64,000 bases of DNA. It comes from Gammaproteobacteria bacterium (GTDB lineage Bacteria; Pseudomonadota; Gammaproteobacteria; Eutrophobiales; Eutrophobiaceae). The notes beneath the pieces are model-generated. The model saw only the letters and a program-made list of their open reading frames with translations, was not told the origin of the DNA and did no database searches. Position numbers and translations under genes: made by a program. Location: contig OZ220696.1 of assembly GCA_965116495.1 (NCBI GenBank), forward strand, positions 2,240,001 through 2,304,000. Direction: 5' to 3'. Below are positions 28,753-39,125 of this stretch, one piece after another (positions within the stretch are counted from its first letter, which is position 1; the number at the start of each line of letters is the position of its first letter).

Positions 28753-30210
28753 TTACACGCCAAAATAGTCATGGAACGAGCTGTCCGGATCGTACTGCTT
28801 GCGCAAGGCTCGGAGCCTGGTCCAACTATCCGGCGTGAATGACCGCCGGTTTCTTTCCGGGTAGTTGACGACGTCCTCGTTGTTGATGTAATGCCCCAGG
28901 GAGAACGGTTCCAGTACCGACATGGTGTCGCGTAACCACCCCGCTACCCGGTTATCGTCTTTTGCATCCTGCCAGGTGAGCACCGACAGGATATTCGTGC
29001 TGCCGATCAGTGAAAAAGCCGCATCCTCGGGCAGTCTGGTATTGCCCATAAAACGAATGCTGACAGTGGTGACAGGCGTCACCGCTTCCCGCATGCGTTC
29101 GCTGAGCGCGGCGATGACCGTAGCGATGGAATTGCTCCAGACGCCTTCAGTGGCCATGCGCCCATGCGGGAAGGATTCCCCTGTTTCACCCGTCAGTATC
29201 TTGAGATTGGTCGGCTCGTATTCCGTTTTTTGCAGCGGGTTATGGCCCAGACTGCTTTTTGCAACGGGTTCCAGCAATGCTCGCGCTTCCTCCTCGTCAG
29301 CGCCGTAGGCGATAGCGTTCACTATGCAAACCTGCCCGGGAGCGCCGGCCGCAACCGCCTGCTTGTCCGGATTACCCGTCAGCAGCAGTATCAATTCAAG
29401 CCTGTGGTCACTGTTCGGCACAAGCTCTTCCAGCACGGCGGCCACTCCCGCATGGTTATCCAGAGAGTGGATATACTGTGACGTGGTGATCGCCCCCGGC
29501 AACGAATACGCACGAAGGTAGTATTTTGTCACCACCCCGAAAAATCCGGGCCCGGCTCCCCGCACGGCCCAGTAAACATCAGGGTATTGCCGTGCATTGA
29601 CCGTCAGCATCTCTCCACCGGCGGTGACCACATCGGCGCCGGTAACGGAAAAACAGGCAATCCCCCATGTGTTGGGATTGAAGCCGAGGCCGCCGCCCAA
29701 CAGGAACCCGCCAATGGCGACACTGCCGCCCCTGGCCACAGGAAATCCCATCCCGTGCGGCTCAAGCGCGTGCAACAGGGTCGGTCCCCAGGTGCCCGGT
29801 CCTGCCGTAGCCGTAAGGTTTTCCGGGTCCACCGTCACATCCCTCATTCCGAGCAGGTCAATCAGCATCCCGTCTTCACGCAGGAATGAACCCGGTATGC
29901 TGTGGCCGCCGCTCTTTGCAATCACCTTCAAACCATGACTGCGCGCATGGTTGACGGCAGCAACCACGTCGTTGGCAGAATTCGCCTGAACGATTAAATC
30001 AGGCCGCCGCGCCGGTTTGGCCCGTTGCCATACCAGACCCCTTCTTATCGCTTCATAGTCGGAATGAGCGCGGCCAACCATCTTCCCGTTGGGCGCTCGT
30101 GCCGAAGTTTCCCGGGGTCTGGAAAAAGTAAGCAGCGTCCCGAGAAATCCAAGCAGGTTGCGCAAAAACTGCCTTCGGCAAAGACTGTTCAGCGCGGCCT
30201 TGAAAGCCAT
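28753..30210 (-). CDS. Tat-exported FAD-linked oxidase (berberine-bridge / 6-hydroxy-D-nicotine oxidase-like)
   Basis: Twin-arginine CRRQFL signal, KSGGHS covalent-FAD His motif, WAVRGAGPGFFGVVT, BBE-type C-terminus HYINN...RKQYDP. Confidence 0.88.
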   Translation of the reverse strand: MAFKAALNSLCRRQFLRNLLGFLGTLLTFSRPRETSARAPNGKMVGRAHSDYEAIRRGLVWQRAKPARRPDLIVQANSANDVVAAVNHARSHGLKVIAKSGGHSIPGSFLREDGMLIDLLGMRDVTVDPENLTATAGPGTWGPTLLHALEPHGMGFPVARGGSVAIGGFLLGGGLGFNPNTWGIACFSVTGADVVTAGGEMLTVNARQYPDVYWAVRGAGPGFFGVVTKYYLRAYSLPGAITTSQYIHSLDNHAGVAAVLEELVPNSDHRLELILLLTGNPDKQAVAAGAPGQVCIVNAIAYGADEEEARALLEPVAKSSLGHNPLQKTEYEPTNLKILTGETGESFPHGRMATEGVWSNSIATVIAALSERMREAVTPVTTVSIRFMGNTRLPEDAAFSLIGSTNILSVLTWQDAKDDNRVAGWLRDTMSVLEPFSLGHYINNEDVVNYPERNRRSFTPDSWTRLRALRKQYDPDSSFHDYFGV

Positions 30211-30215
30211 TCAGG

Positions 30216-32657
30216 CTAATTAAAATTGCGGCGCAGACTCACGGACCAGGTGGCCGGCATACCGTACACGCCCTCTATTATACCCGAACCGGCAACGCCC
30301 GTAGTGACGTATGCCTCATCAGTGATATTGCGTCCCGCCGCGGTAAGCGACCACCTGTCATCAGCATCGCGCCAGGTCAGGGCAAGGTTCAACAAGGTAT
30401 ATCCAGGTTGGGTCAATAACGGCGTATTTTTTGCGTCATTATATACCTTGCTGGTGTAGGACAGATCCAGGCGTGGCGTCAACGACCCCATATCACCCAG
30501 GCTATACTCGTATTGAGCTGCCACAGTCACATTCCACTCCGGCGCATTGGTCAACTCACCATCTATATCGAATTCAACCACGTCATCATCCAGTCGAACG
30601 TACTTCGAATCCAGGTAGCCTATGCCGACCTGCAGTAACGCTTCGGCGACCGGCGCAGCGGTCATTTCCAGTTCAAAACCCCAGAGTTCTGCCTCTGCCG
30701 CGTTCTTGGTGGCAAGACCGATAACGGGCTGCTCCGGGGAACCCGTGCCGGTTGCCGCATTTACAAACACCTGTAAATCAGTGTAATCGGTGAAGAAACC
30801 CGTGCCGTTCAACCGCACCCGGTTATCTAACCAGGTGGACTTGAAGCCCAGTTCATACACCTTCACAAATTCAGGTCCGGCTGTCGGCGTTGCCGTCGCC
30901 GGCGGGAACACCCGCTGGGTAAACGCGCCGGCCTTGAAACCCTCCGAATAGGAGGCATAAGTCATTAAATCCCCGGTCCACTGGTAAGACAGGTTGACGT
31001 AAGGCTGCAACTCACTGGTATCTGAATTAGCCGGCTCGGGCGGTAACACACAGGCGCCGTCTCCGGGCAAGGGAATCGGATTATTCCGACAATCGGGCAA
31101 GCCCCTGACCAGGCCATTGTGGTCTATGCCTACTTTGGAATCCGCATTGAACTGCTTATCCTCATCCGTATAGCGCACACCAGCCGTCAATGACAACTGC
31201 TCAGTTATGCCGTAGGTCCCCTGGGCAAAAAATGCCTTGCTCTCATTCTTGATGGAGCCACCACTGTCAAACACGGTATTCAACACCAGTTCCACCACGT
31301 CCAGGTGTTTGCCGGTTTCTTTCAGGTAATAAAGTCCCAGGATGTAACCCAGACGGTCATCAAAGGCATTGCCCAGCAACTGAAGTTCCTGGGTGGTCTG
31401 TTTCTGCTCATAGTCATTGGTAGTGCGGGCCAGAACGTGGTTCTGATTACCCGAATGACCACTGTCCCGGGACCAGAAACCATCTTCCACCCGGCGGTGC
31501 GCGCTGATGGATTTGAAAGTGAGGTTATCATTGAAATCCCATTCAATGGTCCCGCTGACACCCCAGACGTTCAATTCGGACGCCGGCCGTACACTGATAC
31601 CAAAATGCTCGTCCGTTTGCAATTCAGGCGTGGAACTGTGGTGACTGCTGTGGGTCCTGAAGGGGCCTATTGCCCATTGGGCGTTATAGCAGTTGGGATT
31701 ATTTAATCTGCCCGGGTCAGAACTGGTGCATTGCGGGTCGCCCGACAACACATTGTTGAAGGGAGTAAACCCCGCAGCAGCGCCACTGTCAATCGTTCCA
31801 ATCAGGACATTGGGGGCAGGCGCCTCGTCGGTGGTCGAATAATCGCCTGTAACATCAACCGTCAAGGCATCGGACGGCGTCCAGCGCAGCGCAACGCGCC
31901 CGGATAAATCCTCGTTATCGCCGAGATCAGGCTCTTTGGGCGCCCCCGGCACACAGTTAAGAGTACAACCAAGGTTTTTCACGTAGCCGTCCCGGTTCCT
32001 GCTTGAGACCGAGACACTTCCCGCCAGGGTCTCGCCCATGGGAATATTGACATAACCATTTACGTCGATACGGTCATAACTTCCGGTCGTCACTTCCGCC
32101 CTGCCATGGAGGCTCTCAGTCGTCGGCTTTTTGGTGACCACGGAGATAGCGCCGCCGATGGTGTTGCGCCCGAACAAGGTGCCTTGGGGACCGCGTAATA
32201 CTTCGATTCGCTCGACATCCGCCGTATCCATCACCTGGCCGATACTGCGAGCAATATACACGCCGTCCAGGTAAACACCGACTCCCGGGTCAACCGGCAA
32301 GGCCCAGTCGGCGCTGCCTACGCCGCGAATCATGATAATGGCAGCCGAATTACCGGCAGCAATGGGGGAGGTGAAATCGAACACAACGTTAGGCGTAAAT
32401 TCCCCGAGATCGGCAAAATCCACCATGCCCCGTTGTTCTATGTCATCGGCCGTAAATGCGGCTACCGAAATAGGTGTGTCCTGCAAACTCTCCTCCCGCT
32501 TGCGCGCAGTCACTACAATTTCTTCCAGGGCGCCGGCTTGTGCCAGCAACTCGGTCGTTGCAGTTCCAAGCAGGCAGGCAAACAAGATGAGCTGGGCAAT
32601 ACCTGCTACGGTTTTTCCTGACACATTTGCGGTTTCATGATATATCATATCGGACAC
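30216..32657 (-). CDS. TonB-dependent outer membrane receptor
   Basis: LEEIVVTARKREESLQD, RIEVLRGPQGTLFGRNTIGG, C-terminal beta strand WSVSLRRNF. Confidence 0.95.
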   Translation of the reverse strand: MSDMIYHETANVSGKTVAGIAQLILFACLLGTATTELLAQAGALEEIVVTARKREESLQDTPISVAAFTADDIEQRGMVDFADLGEFTPNVVFDFTSPIAAGNSAAIIMIRGVGSADWALPVDPGVGVYLDGVYIARSIGQVMDTADVERIEVLRGPQGTLFGRNTIGGAISVVTKKPTTESLHGRAEVTTGSYDRIDVNGYVNIPMGETLAGSVSVSSRNRDGYVKNLGCTLNCVPGAPKEPDLGDNEDLSGRVALRWTPSDALTVDVTGDYSTTDEAPAPNVLIGTIDSGAAAGFTPFNNVLSGDPQCTSSDPGRLNNPNCYNAQWAIGPFRTHSSHHSSTPELQTDEHFGISVRPASELNVWGVSGTIEWDFNDNLTFKSISAHRRVEDGFWSRDSGHSGNQNHVLARTTNDYEQKQTTQELQLLGNAFDDRLGYILGLYYLKETGKHLDVVELVLNTVFDSGGSIKNESKAFFAQGTYGITEQLSLTAGVRYTDEDKQFNADSKVGIDHNGLVRGLPDCRNNPIPLPGDGACVLPPEPANSDTSELQPYVNLSYQWTGDLMTYASYSEGFKAGAFTQRVFPPATATPTAGPEFVKVYELGFKSTWLDNRVRLNGTGFFTDYTDLQVFVNAATGTGSPEQPVIGLATKNAAEAELWGFELEMTAAPVAEALLQVGIGYLDSKYVRLDDDVVEFDIDGELTNAPEWNVTVAAQYEYSLGDMGSLTPRLDLSYTSKVYNDAKNTPLLTQPGYTLLNLALTWRDADDRWSLTAAGRNITDEAYVTTGVAGSGIIEGVYGMPATWSVSLRRNFN

Positions 32658-32696
32658 CCTAGTGTTGGTTGAAGATATTCAAGAGTTATTCTAACA

Positions 32697-32720
32697 TGGT
32701 ATGTAGTATACAGTATACCA
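32697..32720. promoter_or_regulatory. Candidate GntR/FadR-type operator
   Basis: TGGTATGTAGTATACAGTATACCA: outer TGGTAT/ATACCA inverted repeat with internal GTATAC repeats, between the divergent receptor and regulator genes. Confidence 0.6.
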
Positions 32721-32780
32721 AAACTTCACATTTAAATTTTACCACACTGAATTTTGCAACCATGAGGTTTGCCCCGGCTC

Positions 32781-33440
32781 ATGTCTCTCAAGAAGATCCC
32801 TCAAAAAAAATCGTTGCGTGACAAGGCTTATGCATCATTAAGAAAAGCCTTGTTCCAAGGCGTTTTCAAGCCCAACCAGAAAATTACGGAATACGAGATT
32901 GCAAAAGCGCTGGGTGTTTCCCGCACGCCGGTCAGGGAGGCGCTGAACCTGTTCAGGAGCCAGGGGATATTAAGGCAAAATCGTGGAGGATCGTATGTTT
33001 TTATTCTCCCCACCCTTGAGCAAATTGAGGACATATTCGAAATGCGACGGGTTTTAGAACCCCTGGCCGCAAAAAAGGTCATCGGAAATTGCACTGAAAC
33101 TGATATAGACAGACTTGAAGTAATCGTCGGTAAGGAAGAGGAGGCGCTCGATGTAAAGGACTCATCCGGTTTTTTTCAACTCAACATGGAATTCCGTACG
33201 ACACTGTTTAATCTGTGTGGCAATGAGAGCCTGGCAAAAACAATTAATAGTTTTATGGAGTACATCTATTTTATCGGCATGCTTACCCTGAAAAAGAAAT
33301 CGGTACGCGAACTGGTTATTCAAATCCATACAAAAATTATCCAGGCCTTGAGAAAAAACGATGAGACAACCCTGGTTGTAGTCATCAATGAACACCTGGA
33401 CCATGCCATTGATGCCATCAGAAAGGAATTGACTGCGTAA
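32781..33440 (+). CDS. GntR-family regulator with FCD domain
   Basis: IAKALGVSRTPVREAL winged HTH; FCD pattern (MRRVLEPLA...NMEFR...H..II.AL...HL). Confidence 0.93.
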   Translation: MSLKKIPQKKSLRDKAYASLRKALFQGVFKPNQKITEYEIAKALGVSRTPVREALNLFRSQGILRQNRGGSYVFILPTLEQIEDIFEMRRVLEPLAAKKVIGNCTETDIDRLEVIVGKEEEALDVKDSSGFFQLNMEFRTTLFNLCGNESLAKTINSFMEYIYFIGMLTLKKKSVRELVIQIHTKIIQALRKNDETTLVVVINEHLDHAIDAIRKELTA

Positions 33441-34094
33441 CGTGGAGATTATTCCCATGCGCAACATGAATTCCATAGTAGAACCATCTGGTGCTTGCCG
33501 GGAATGCCGGTAATGAGGTCAGGTCGGCGGACTTCGGCGCTTTTGACCACCACTTAGCATCTGCTGGTTTTCAACTGGCCGGACAGGTCTGTCCGGACCG
33601 TGAGGAAACAGCGTTAATCGGTCACATCGAGAAGGCGCTCAAGTTCACTGATTATTGCGAGCGCCGCTCGGGCCTTTGAAGAACGAATATCCGTTACTTG
33701 CTGAGGAACACTACTGTGACAATAATCACCCTTCAGGGACAACCGCATTATCTATCTGATAGCCATGCATTGATAAGTCCAGACTGCATGTCACCAGGCC
33801 GCTTGCCAGCCGTCCAGGCTGGCCGTTGAACTTGCTTTGTCGCGGCTGATACGAAGAAAAGTGCGTCTTGACGACAGGCCTAATCCACGCCACCGTCGAT
33901 AAGTATTCCGCAATCGCAACGTTTCAGCCTCAAGAATTGCAACACTATTCCTTGCCGTTCTAACTAGATATCCTGAATCGCCACGGGAATTCCGGAGACC
34001 CGTTAGTGTGAGTTATGCGGCTTTGCATGACCGGTTATTCTCATCACAGTACATCTGTTCGAATTCAGCCGGTGGCACATTGCCGATGGACCGC

Positions 34095-34190
34095 TCCCCT
34101 CAAAAGCCTCCGAGGCGCGGGCCGGCAACCGGCTCTTCCATTGTGTGCTCTGGTTGGCGTGTATATCGACGTGTTCCGATAATTCCACGA
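34095..34190 (-). pseudogene. IS3-family transposase OrfA remnant
   Basis: ELSEHVDIHANQSTQWKSRLPARASEAF resembles the IS3 OrfA HTH (ELAxxFDVHPNQIxQWK); next to the tRNA-Ser 3' end. Confidence 0.55.
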
Positions 34191-34242
34191 GCGTTTTATC
34201 GCCTTACTTTATCTATATTATCAATAAGTTATACAATTAGAC

Positions 34243-34333
34243 TGGCGGAGAGAGAGGGATTCGAACCCTCGATGGGCTTTCAACCCATACTCCCTTAGCA
34301 GGGGAGCGCCTTCAGCCACTCGGCCACCTCTCC
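34243..34333 (-). tRNA. tRNA-Ser(GCT)
   Basis: GGAGAGGTGGCCGAGTGGCTGAAGGCGCTCCCCT-GCT-AAGGGAG, long variable arm, GGTTCGAATCC, CCA end; 91 nt. Confidence 0.98.
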
Positions 34334-34412
34334 GTGTTTACGCGTAAATAGCCATCCCAAGATGCAAGGACCAGGGGTCTGAACCCCCCTGTACAAGATG
34401 ACCAGGTGCTGA

Positions 34413-34649
34413 TTACGTGTTTACGTCATCGCCCTCCGGTTCGTCCATGTATTCCTGAGCGAGTTGGGCTTTCGCCTGCTTTACCTTTTCCAGTTGGATA
34501 CGTTCGTAAATTTCCTCCCGGTGTACTGCAATTTCCTTTGGAGCATTTACCCCGATCCGAACCTGGTTCCCGCGTATTCCCAGTATGGTCACATTGACGT
34601 CATCCCCAATCATGAGGGACTCGCCAATTCTGCGTGTTAATATCAGCAT
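34413..34649 (-). CDS. csrA: Carbon storage regulator CsrA/RsmA
   Basis: [17 protein letters not shown]...[20 protein letters not shown]. Confidence 0.98.
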   Translation of the reverse strand: MLILTRRIGESLMIGDDVNVTILGIRGNQVRIGVNAPKEIAVHREEIYERIQLEKVKQAKAQLAQEYMDEPEGDDVNT

Positions 34650-34769
34650 CTCTATTTCTCCTGTTTTTTCCCTAGGTAATTATTATATTAGCTTTTTCCG
34701 ACGACAATTTCCGTATTTTTTGATGCAACCCATTGAGGAACCGCTGATTAAATCAGAGTTTCCCCCTGA

Positions 34770-36014
34770 CTACCCCGCCGCATCATCGACTATGTCGCCA
34801 TCGCCTTCCAAGCCGAATGCAGAGTGTAACGTCCTTACGCCCAATTCCAAATACTTTTCGGCAACAACTACTGAAATTTTTATTTCGGACGTGGATATCA
34901 TCTGTATATTGATACCCTCACCAGCCAGGGCGGAAAACATCCTGCTGGCGATCCCGGCATGGGAGCGCATGCCCACTCCCACCACGGAAATCTTGACAAT
35001 CCGGTCATCCCCCTGGACTTCCTTGGCGCCCAGGCCCCGGGCAGTTTTATCCAGTAACGCCATGGCCCTGTTGAAATCAGTCCGGTGTACGGTGAAGGTA
35101 AAATCCGTCGTATTGTCCACCCCGACATTCTGTACGATCATATCTACCTCGATACCGCCATCTGCGATGGGACCCAGTATCGCGCCGGCAATGCCGGGCT
35201 CATCCGGTACACCAAGCAGCGTCAACTTTGCCTCGTCACGATTGTGGGCAATACCTGCAATTAGCGCCTGTTCCATTTCTTCATCCTCATCTGCAATCAG
35301 CGTGCCCGGTCCCTCCGTAAAAGAGGAGAGGACCCGTAATGGTACTTTATATTTATTGGCAAATTCCACAGAACGTATCTGCAGCACTTTCGCCCCCAGG
35401 CTGGCCAGTTCCAGCATTTCCTCGTAGGAAATCTTGTCCATGCGTTTCGCCTCCGGAACGATCCGGGGATCCGCAGTATAGACTCCGTCCACGTCCGTAT
35501 ATATCCTGCATTCATCGGCACCAAGCGCCACTGCCATGGCAACGGCAGTGGTGTCCGTACCGCCACGCCCAAGCGTGGTGATATTACCGTTTTCGTCAAT
35601 ACCCTGAAATCCCGCGATGACGACGATTTTATGGCCGGCCAGATCTTTTTTTACACGCGCCGACTCGATATCAACAATGCGGGCCTTGTTGTGAACGTTG
35701 TCCGTGAGGATATGAACCTGGCCGCCGGTGTAGGAAACGGCGGTATAATTTCTTTCCTGTAACACCATGGTCAACAGGGCTATGGTCACTTGCTCGCCGG
35801 TGGACAACAACACATCCAATTCACGGGAATCCGGATTTTTTGCCACCTGGCCTGCCAGGTCGATGAGCCGGTCCGTCTCACCTGCCATGGCCGAAAGAAC
35901 CACTACCACCTGGTATCCCTGTTTGCGCGTGGCTATAACGATATCGGCAACCGCCTTGATCCGTTCGATCGTAGCGACCGATGTACCGCCGAATTTTTGA
36001 ACGATAAGGGACAT
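34770..36014 (-). CDS. lysC: Aspartate kinase
   Basis: MSLIVQKFGGTSV, TTLGRGG, YTDVDGVYTADPR, two ACT domains; start corrected to ATG 36014. Confidence 0.97.
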   Translation of the reverse strand: MSLIVQKFGGTSVATIERIKAVADIVIATRKQGYQVVVVLSAMAGETDRLIDLAGQVAKNPDSRELDVLLSTGEQVTIALLTMVLQERNYTAVSYTGGQVHILTDNVHNKARIVDIESARVKKDLAGHKIVVIAGFQGIDENGNITTLGRGGTDTTAVAMAVALGADECRIYTDVDGVYTADPRIVPEAKRMDKISYEEMLELASLGAKVLQIRSVEFANKYKVPLRVLSSFTEGPGTLIADEDEEMEQALIAGIAHNRDEAKLTLLGVPDEPGIAGAILGPIADGGIEVDMIVQNVGVDNTTDFTFTVHRTDFNRAMALLDKTARGLGAKEVQGDDRIVKISVVGVGMRSHAGIASRMFSALAGEGINIQMISTSEIKISVVVAEKYLELGVRTLHSAFGLEGDGDIVDDAAG

Positions 36015-36024
36015 GGCTGGAATT

Positions 36025-38664
36025 TTACCTGAATTTCTGCGCCACCCAACCGGGCACGCTTGCCAGCGCGCTTTGCAGGCCGGACGGATTATTGCCGCCG
36101 GCCTGGGCAAGGTCCGGGCGGCCGCCGCCCCTGCCACCGACTTGTTGTGCGACATAATTGACCAGGTCGCCGGCTTGCACTCTATCCGTGCTGTCTTTTG
36201 TCACCCCCGCCACCAGGCTGACTTTATCGCCCTTGACCGTACCCAGGACGATAACGGCCGTACCCAGCTTGCTCTTCAACTGGTCGACCGTATCCCGCAA
36301 TGCCTTCGGGTCGGCGCCATCCAGTCTACGCGCCAGGACGTGAATACCGTTGATGATCTCAGCCTGCCTGCTCAATTCCGCGCCTGCCTGGCCGGCCATT
36401 TTTTCCTTTACCTGTTCCATTTCCTTTTCAATACGTCTCGAGCGTTCCAGCACCTGCTCCAGCTTTGCCGTGAGTTTGTTCCGATCAGACTTCAACAACC
36501 GGGCCAGGTCGTCCAACTGCGCTTCTTCGGCTTCAACCAGTGCCAGCGCGCCCAGACCGGTGACGGCCTCTACCCGCCGTATGCCGGCGGCGATCCCGGT
36601 CTCCGCGACGAACTTGAACAAGCCGATGTCTCCGGCGCGCGCCACGTGGGTGCCGCCGCACAACTCCACCGAAAAATCGCCGCCGATGTTCAATACCCGA
36701 ACCTGTTCGTCGTATTTCTCACCGAACAATGACATGGCGCCGGACTTGAGCGCCTGATCCAGGGGCATCATGCGTATTTCAGTATCGATGTTTTCCAGTA
36801 TCTTGCGGTTGACAAGCCGTTCTATCTGCAACAGTTGCTGTTCCGAAACCGGTTCCGGATGGGAAAAATCAAAGCGCAGGCGATCTGGCGCCACCAGGGA
36901 ACCCTGCTGGGTTACATGCTCGCCCAGTACTTCCCGTAACGCGGCATGCAGCAGATGTGTGGCCGAGTGGTTGCGTACCGTATTGATGCGCGTTGACCCA
37001 TTCACCTGTGCACTGACCTGCTGGCCGGTTTGTAATGTACCACTGGTTACCCGGCCCAGGTGAACACAGACATTACCCTGCTTTTTTGTGTCATCGACGT
37101 TGAATACACCCGAATCCGAAACCAGTTCGCCCTGGTCTCCTACCTGGCCGCCGGACTCCGCGTAGAACGGGGTCTGGTCAAGCACAATAGCGCCTGTCTG
37201 CCCCTCTTCAAGCCGGGTAACAGCCTGGTTATCCAGCATCAATGCAGTGACTTTCCCGTTAACGCGCAGTGCATCGTAACCTTTGAAAACGGAGGCAGGG
37301 ATATGGGTGACGGTAGGCTCAGGGACATGGATGCTTACATTCACGCCGTCCGCATCTACGGCAAATTTATTCGCCCGCCGTGACCGTTGGCGTTGCTCCT
37401 CCATACACTGTTCAAAACCCGCCTGGTCCAATTCAAGACCCTGCTCGCGGGCAATATCGGCGGTCAGGTCCACGGGGAAACCGTAAGTATCATACAACTT
37501 GAAGACAACATCGCCCGGGATAGTGCCGGAGACAAGTGTGCCGACGGCTGCCTCCAGGTGTTTAAGACCTTGCTGTAGGGTCTCGGCAAACCGTTCCTCT
37601 TCCTGCTTCAGGGTGTTCGTCACGGACTCTTTTGCCCGGGTCAACTCAGGGCAGGCACCTCCCATGACATCATCCAGGGGCTCTACCAGCTTATGAAAGA
37701 ACGGTTCATTGAAACCCAGTTTGGCCCCATGCCGTATTGCGCGACGGATGATACGCCGCAGTACGTAACCCCTGCCCTCATTGGTCGGTATAACCCCGTC
37801 TGCGACCAGAAAAGCGCAGGAACGGATATGATCGGCAATCACCCGGGTGGAGACGAGGTCCGTCGTATGTTCTCCCGCCAGGGAGTGCACCGCGTCGATC
37901 AGGGGACGGAACAAGTCCGTCTCGTAGTTGTTGCTGGCACCCTGCAACAGCGCCGCGGCCCGCTCGAGGCCCATGCCTGTATCGACGGACGGTCTTGGCA
38001 GGGGATGCAGTTCACCCTGGGCGTCACGGTTGAATTCCATGAAGACCAGGTTCCAGATTTCAACATAGCGGTCACCGTCCTGATCGGCACTGCCAGGGGG
38101 ACCGCCCGGCACTGCCTCGCCGTAATCATAAAAAATCTCGCTGCACGGCCCGCAGGGACCGGTATCTCCCATCGACCAGAAGTTGTCTTTATCTCCACAA
38201 CGGCTGAACCGGTCTTTAGCGACTCCGATCTGATGCAACCAGATGGCCTCCGCCTCGGCGTCATCCCGGTACACGGTGACCCAGAGCCTGTCCTTCGGGA
38301 TGGCCAGTTCGCCGGTGAGAAACTCCCAGGCATAGTGGATGGCCTGTTCCTTGAAATAATCGCCGAAGCTGAAATTGCCCAGCATCTCGAAAAAGGTGTG
38401 GTGGCGGGCAGTGTAGCCCACGTTCTCCAGGTCGTTGTGCTTACCGCCGGCGCGTACACAGCGCTGGGCGGTGACGGCGCGCGGGCAGGCGCGCTGCTCA
38501 AGCCCGAGGAATACCTCCTTGAACTGCACCATGCCGGCATTGGTGAACAACAGCGTCGGATCGTTGGCAGGCACCAGAGGCGAGCTTGCCACCACTTCGT
38601 GCCCTCTGCGCTCGAAATATTCCAGGAACCGCCGGCGAATGTCGTTTGCTTGGATGTACTTCAT
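36025..38664 (-). CDS. alaS: Alanine--tRNA ligase
   Basis: [65 protein letters not shown]. Confidence 0.99.
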   Translation of the reverse strand: MKYIQANDIRRRFLEYFERRGHEVVASSPLVPANDPTLLFTNAGMVQFKEVFLGLEQRACPRAVTAQRCVRAGGKHNDLENVGYTARHHTFFEMLGNFSFGDYFKEQAIHYAWEFLTGELAIPKDRLWVTVYRDDAEAEAIWLHQIGVAKDRFSRCGDKDNFWSMGDTGPCGPCSEIFYDYGEAVPGGPPGSADQDGDRYVEIWNLVFMEFNRDAQGELHPLPRPSVDTGMGLERAAALLQGASNNYETDLFRPLIDAVHSLAGEHTTDLVSTRVIADHIRSCAFLVADGVIPTNEGRGYVLRRIIRRAIRHGAKLGFNEPFFHKLVEPLDDVMGGACPELTRAKESVTNTLKQEEERFAETLQQGLKHLEAAVGTLVSGTIPGDVVFKLYDTYGFPVDLTADIAREQGLELDQAGFEQCMEEQRQRSRRANKFAVDADGVNVSIHVPEPTVTHIPASVFKGYDALRVNGKVTALMLDNQAVTRLEEGQTGAIVLDQTPFYAESGGQVGDQGELVSDSGVFNVDDTKKQGNVCVHLGRVTSGTLQTGQQVSAQVNGSTRINTVRNHSATHLLHAALREVLGEHVTQQGSLVAPDRLRFDFSHPEPVSEQQLLQIERLVNRKILENIDTEIRMMPLDQALKSGAMSLFGEKYDEQVRVLNIGGDFSVELCGGTHVARAGDIGLFKFVAETGIAAGIRRVEAVTGLGALALVEAEEAQLDDLARLLKSDRNKLTAKLEQVLERSRRIEKEMEQVKEKMAGQAGAELSRQAEIINGIHVLARRLDGADPKALRDTVDQLKSKLGTAVIVLGTVKGDKVSLVAGVTKDSTDRVQAGDLVNYVAQQVGGRGGGRPDLAQAGGNNPSGLQSALASVPGWVAQKFR

Positions 38665-38672
38665 CCCGTTAA

Positions 38673-39125
38673 TCAGTCACTTGTATTGAATACCCTCTGG
38701 GTCTGTTCGGAGGTAAAACCGCGATACAGCAGAAAACGGGACTGTCTTGCCTGCTCCCTGAAATCGGCCGGTGCCTGCCGGCCGAACTTTTTCTTCCGGA
38801 CTGACTGGATGCGTTCATCCCAATCCAGATCCATTCCGGCCAACACCTGCTTTACAAGCGTCCCGGTAATGCCTCGCTCGTACAGTTCCCGGGAGATCCG
38901 CACCGGTCCATACCCTTTAGCCACACGGCTGAGGATATACGCCTCGGTATAGCGCACATCATCCTGCACCCCCGCTGTTTTAAGCCCTACCAGGACTTCC
39001 CCGACAGCTTCCGGACCGTATCCACGCGCCTGCAGTTTTTGTTGCAACTCCTGTTCGGAATGCTCGCGCCGGGCGAGCAGGTCTATTGCCCGCTTCCTGA
39101 TCTCCGTTGTCCGACCGTAACTCAG
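38673..39125 (-). CDS. recX: Regulatory protein RecX (probable CTG start)
   Basis: [16 protein letters not shown] (upstream of the ORF-track start), [22 protein letters not shown]; directly after recA. Confidence 0.9.
   Translation of the reverse strand: MSYGRTTEIRKRAIDLLARREHSEQELQQKLQARGYGPEAVGEVLVGLKTAGVQDDVRYTEAYILSRVAKGYGPVRISRELYERGITGTLVKQVLAGMDLDWDERIQSVRKKKFGRQAPADFREQARQSRFLLYRGFTSEQTQRVFNTSD

Noticed and set aside
33441-34090. Coding potential between gntR and the IS3 remnant
   Set aside because: Only short interrupted frames without recognisable motifs; probably decayed DNA.
36015-36155. N-terminal extension of aspartate kinase in the ORF track
   Set aside because: It overlaps alaS; the conserved start MSLIVQKFGG begins at 36014.
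37693-38952. Long antisense ORFs (419 aa opposite alaS; similar ones opposite fhs, lysC, ahcY, the secretin and Rieske genes)
   Set aside because: Shadow frames expected from GC-rich codon bias opposite well-conserved genes; no recognisable motifs.
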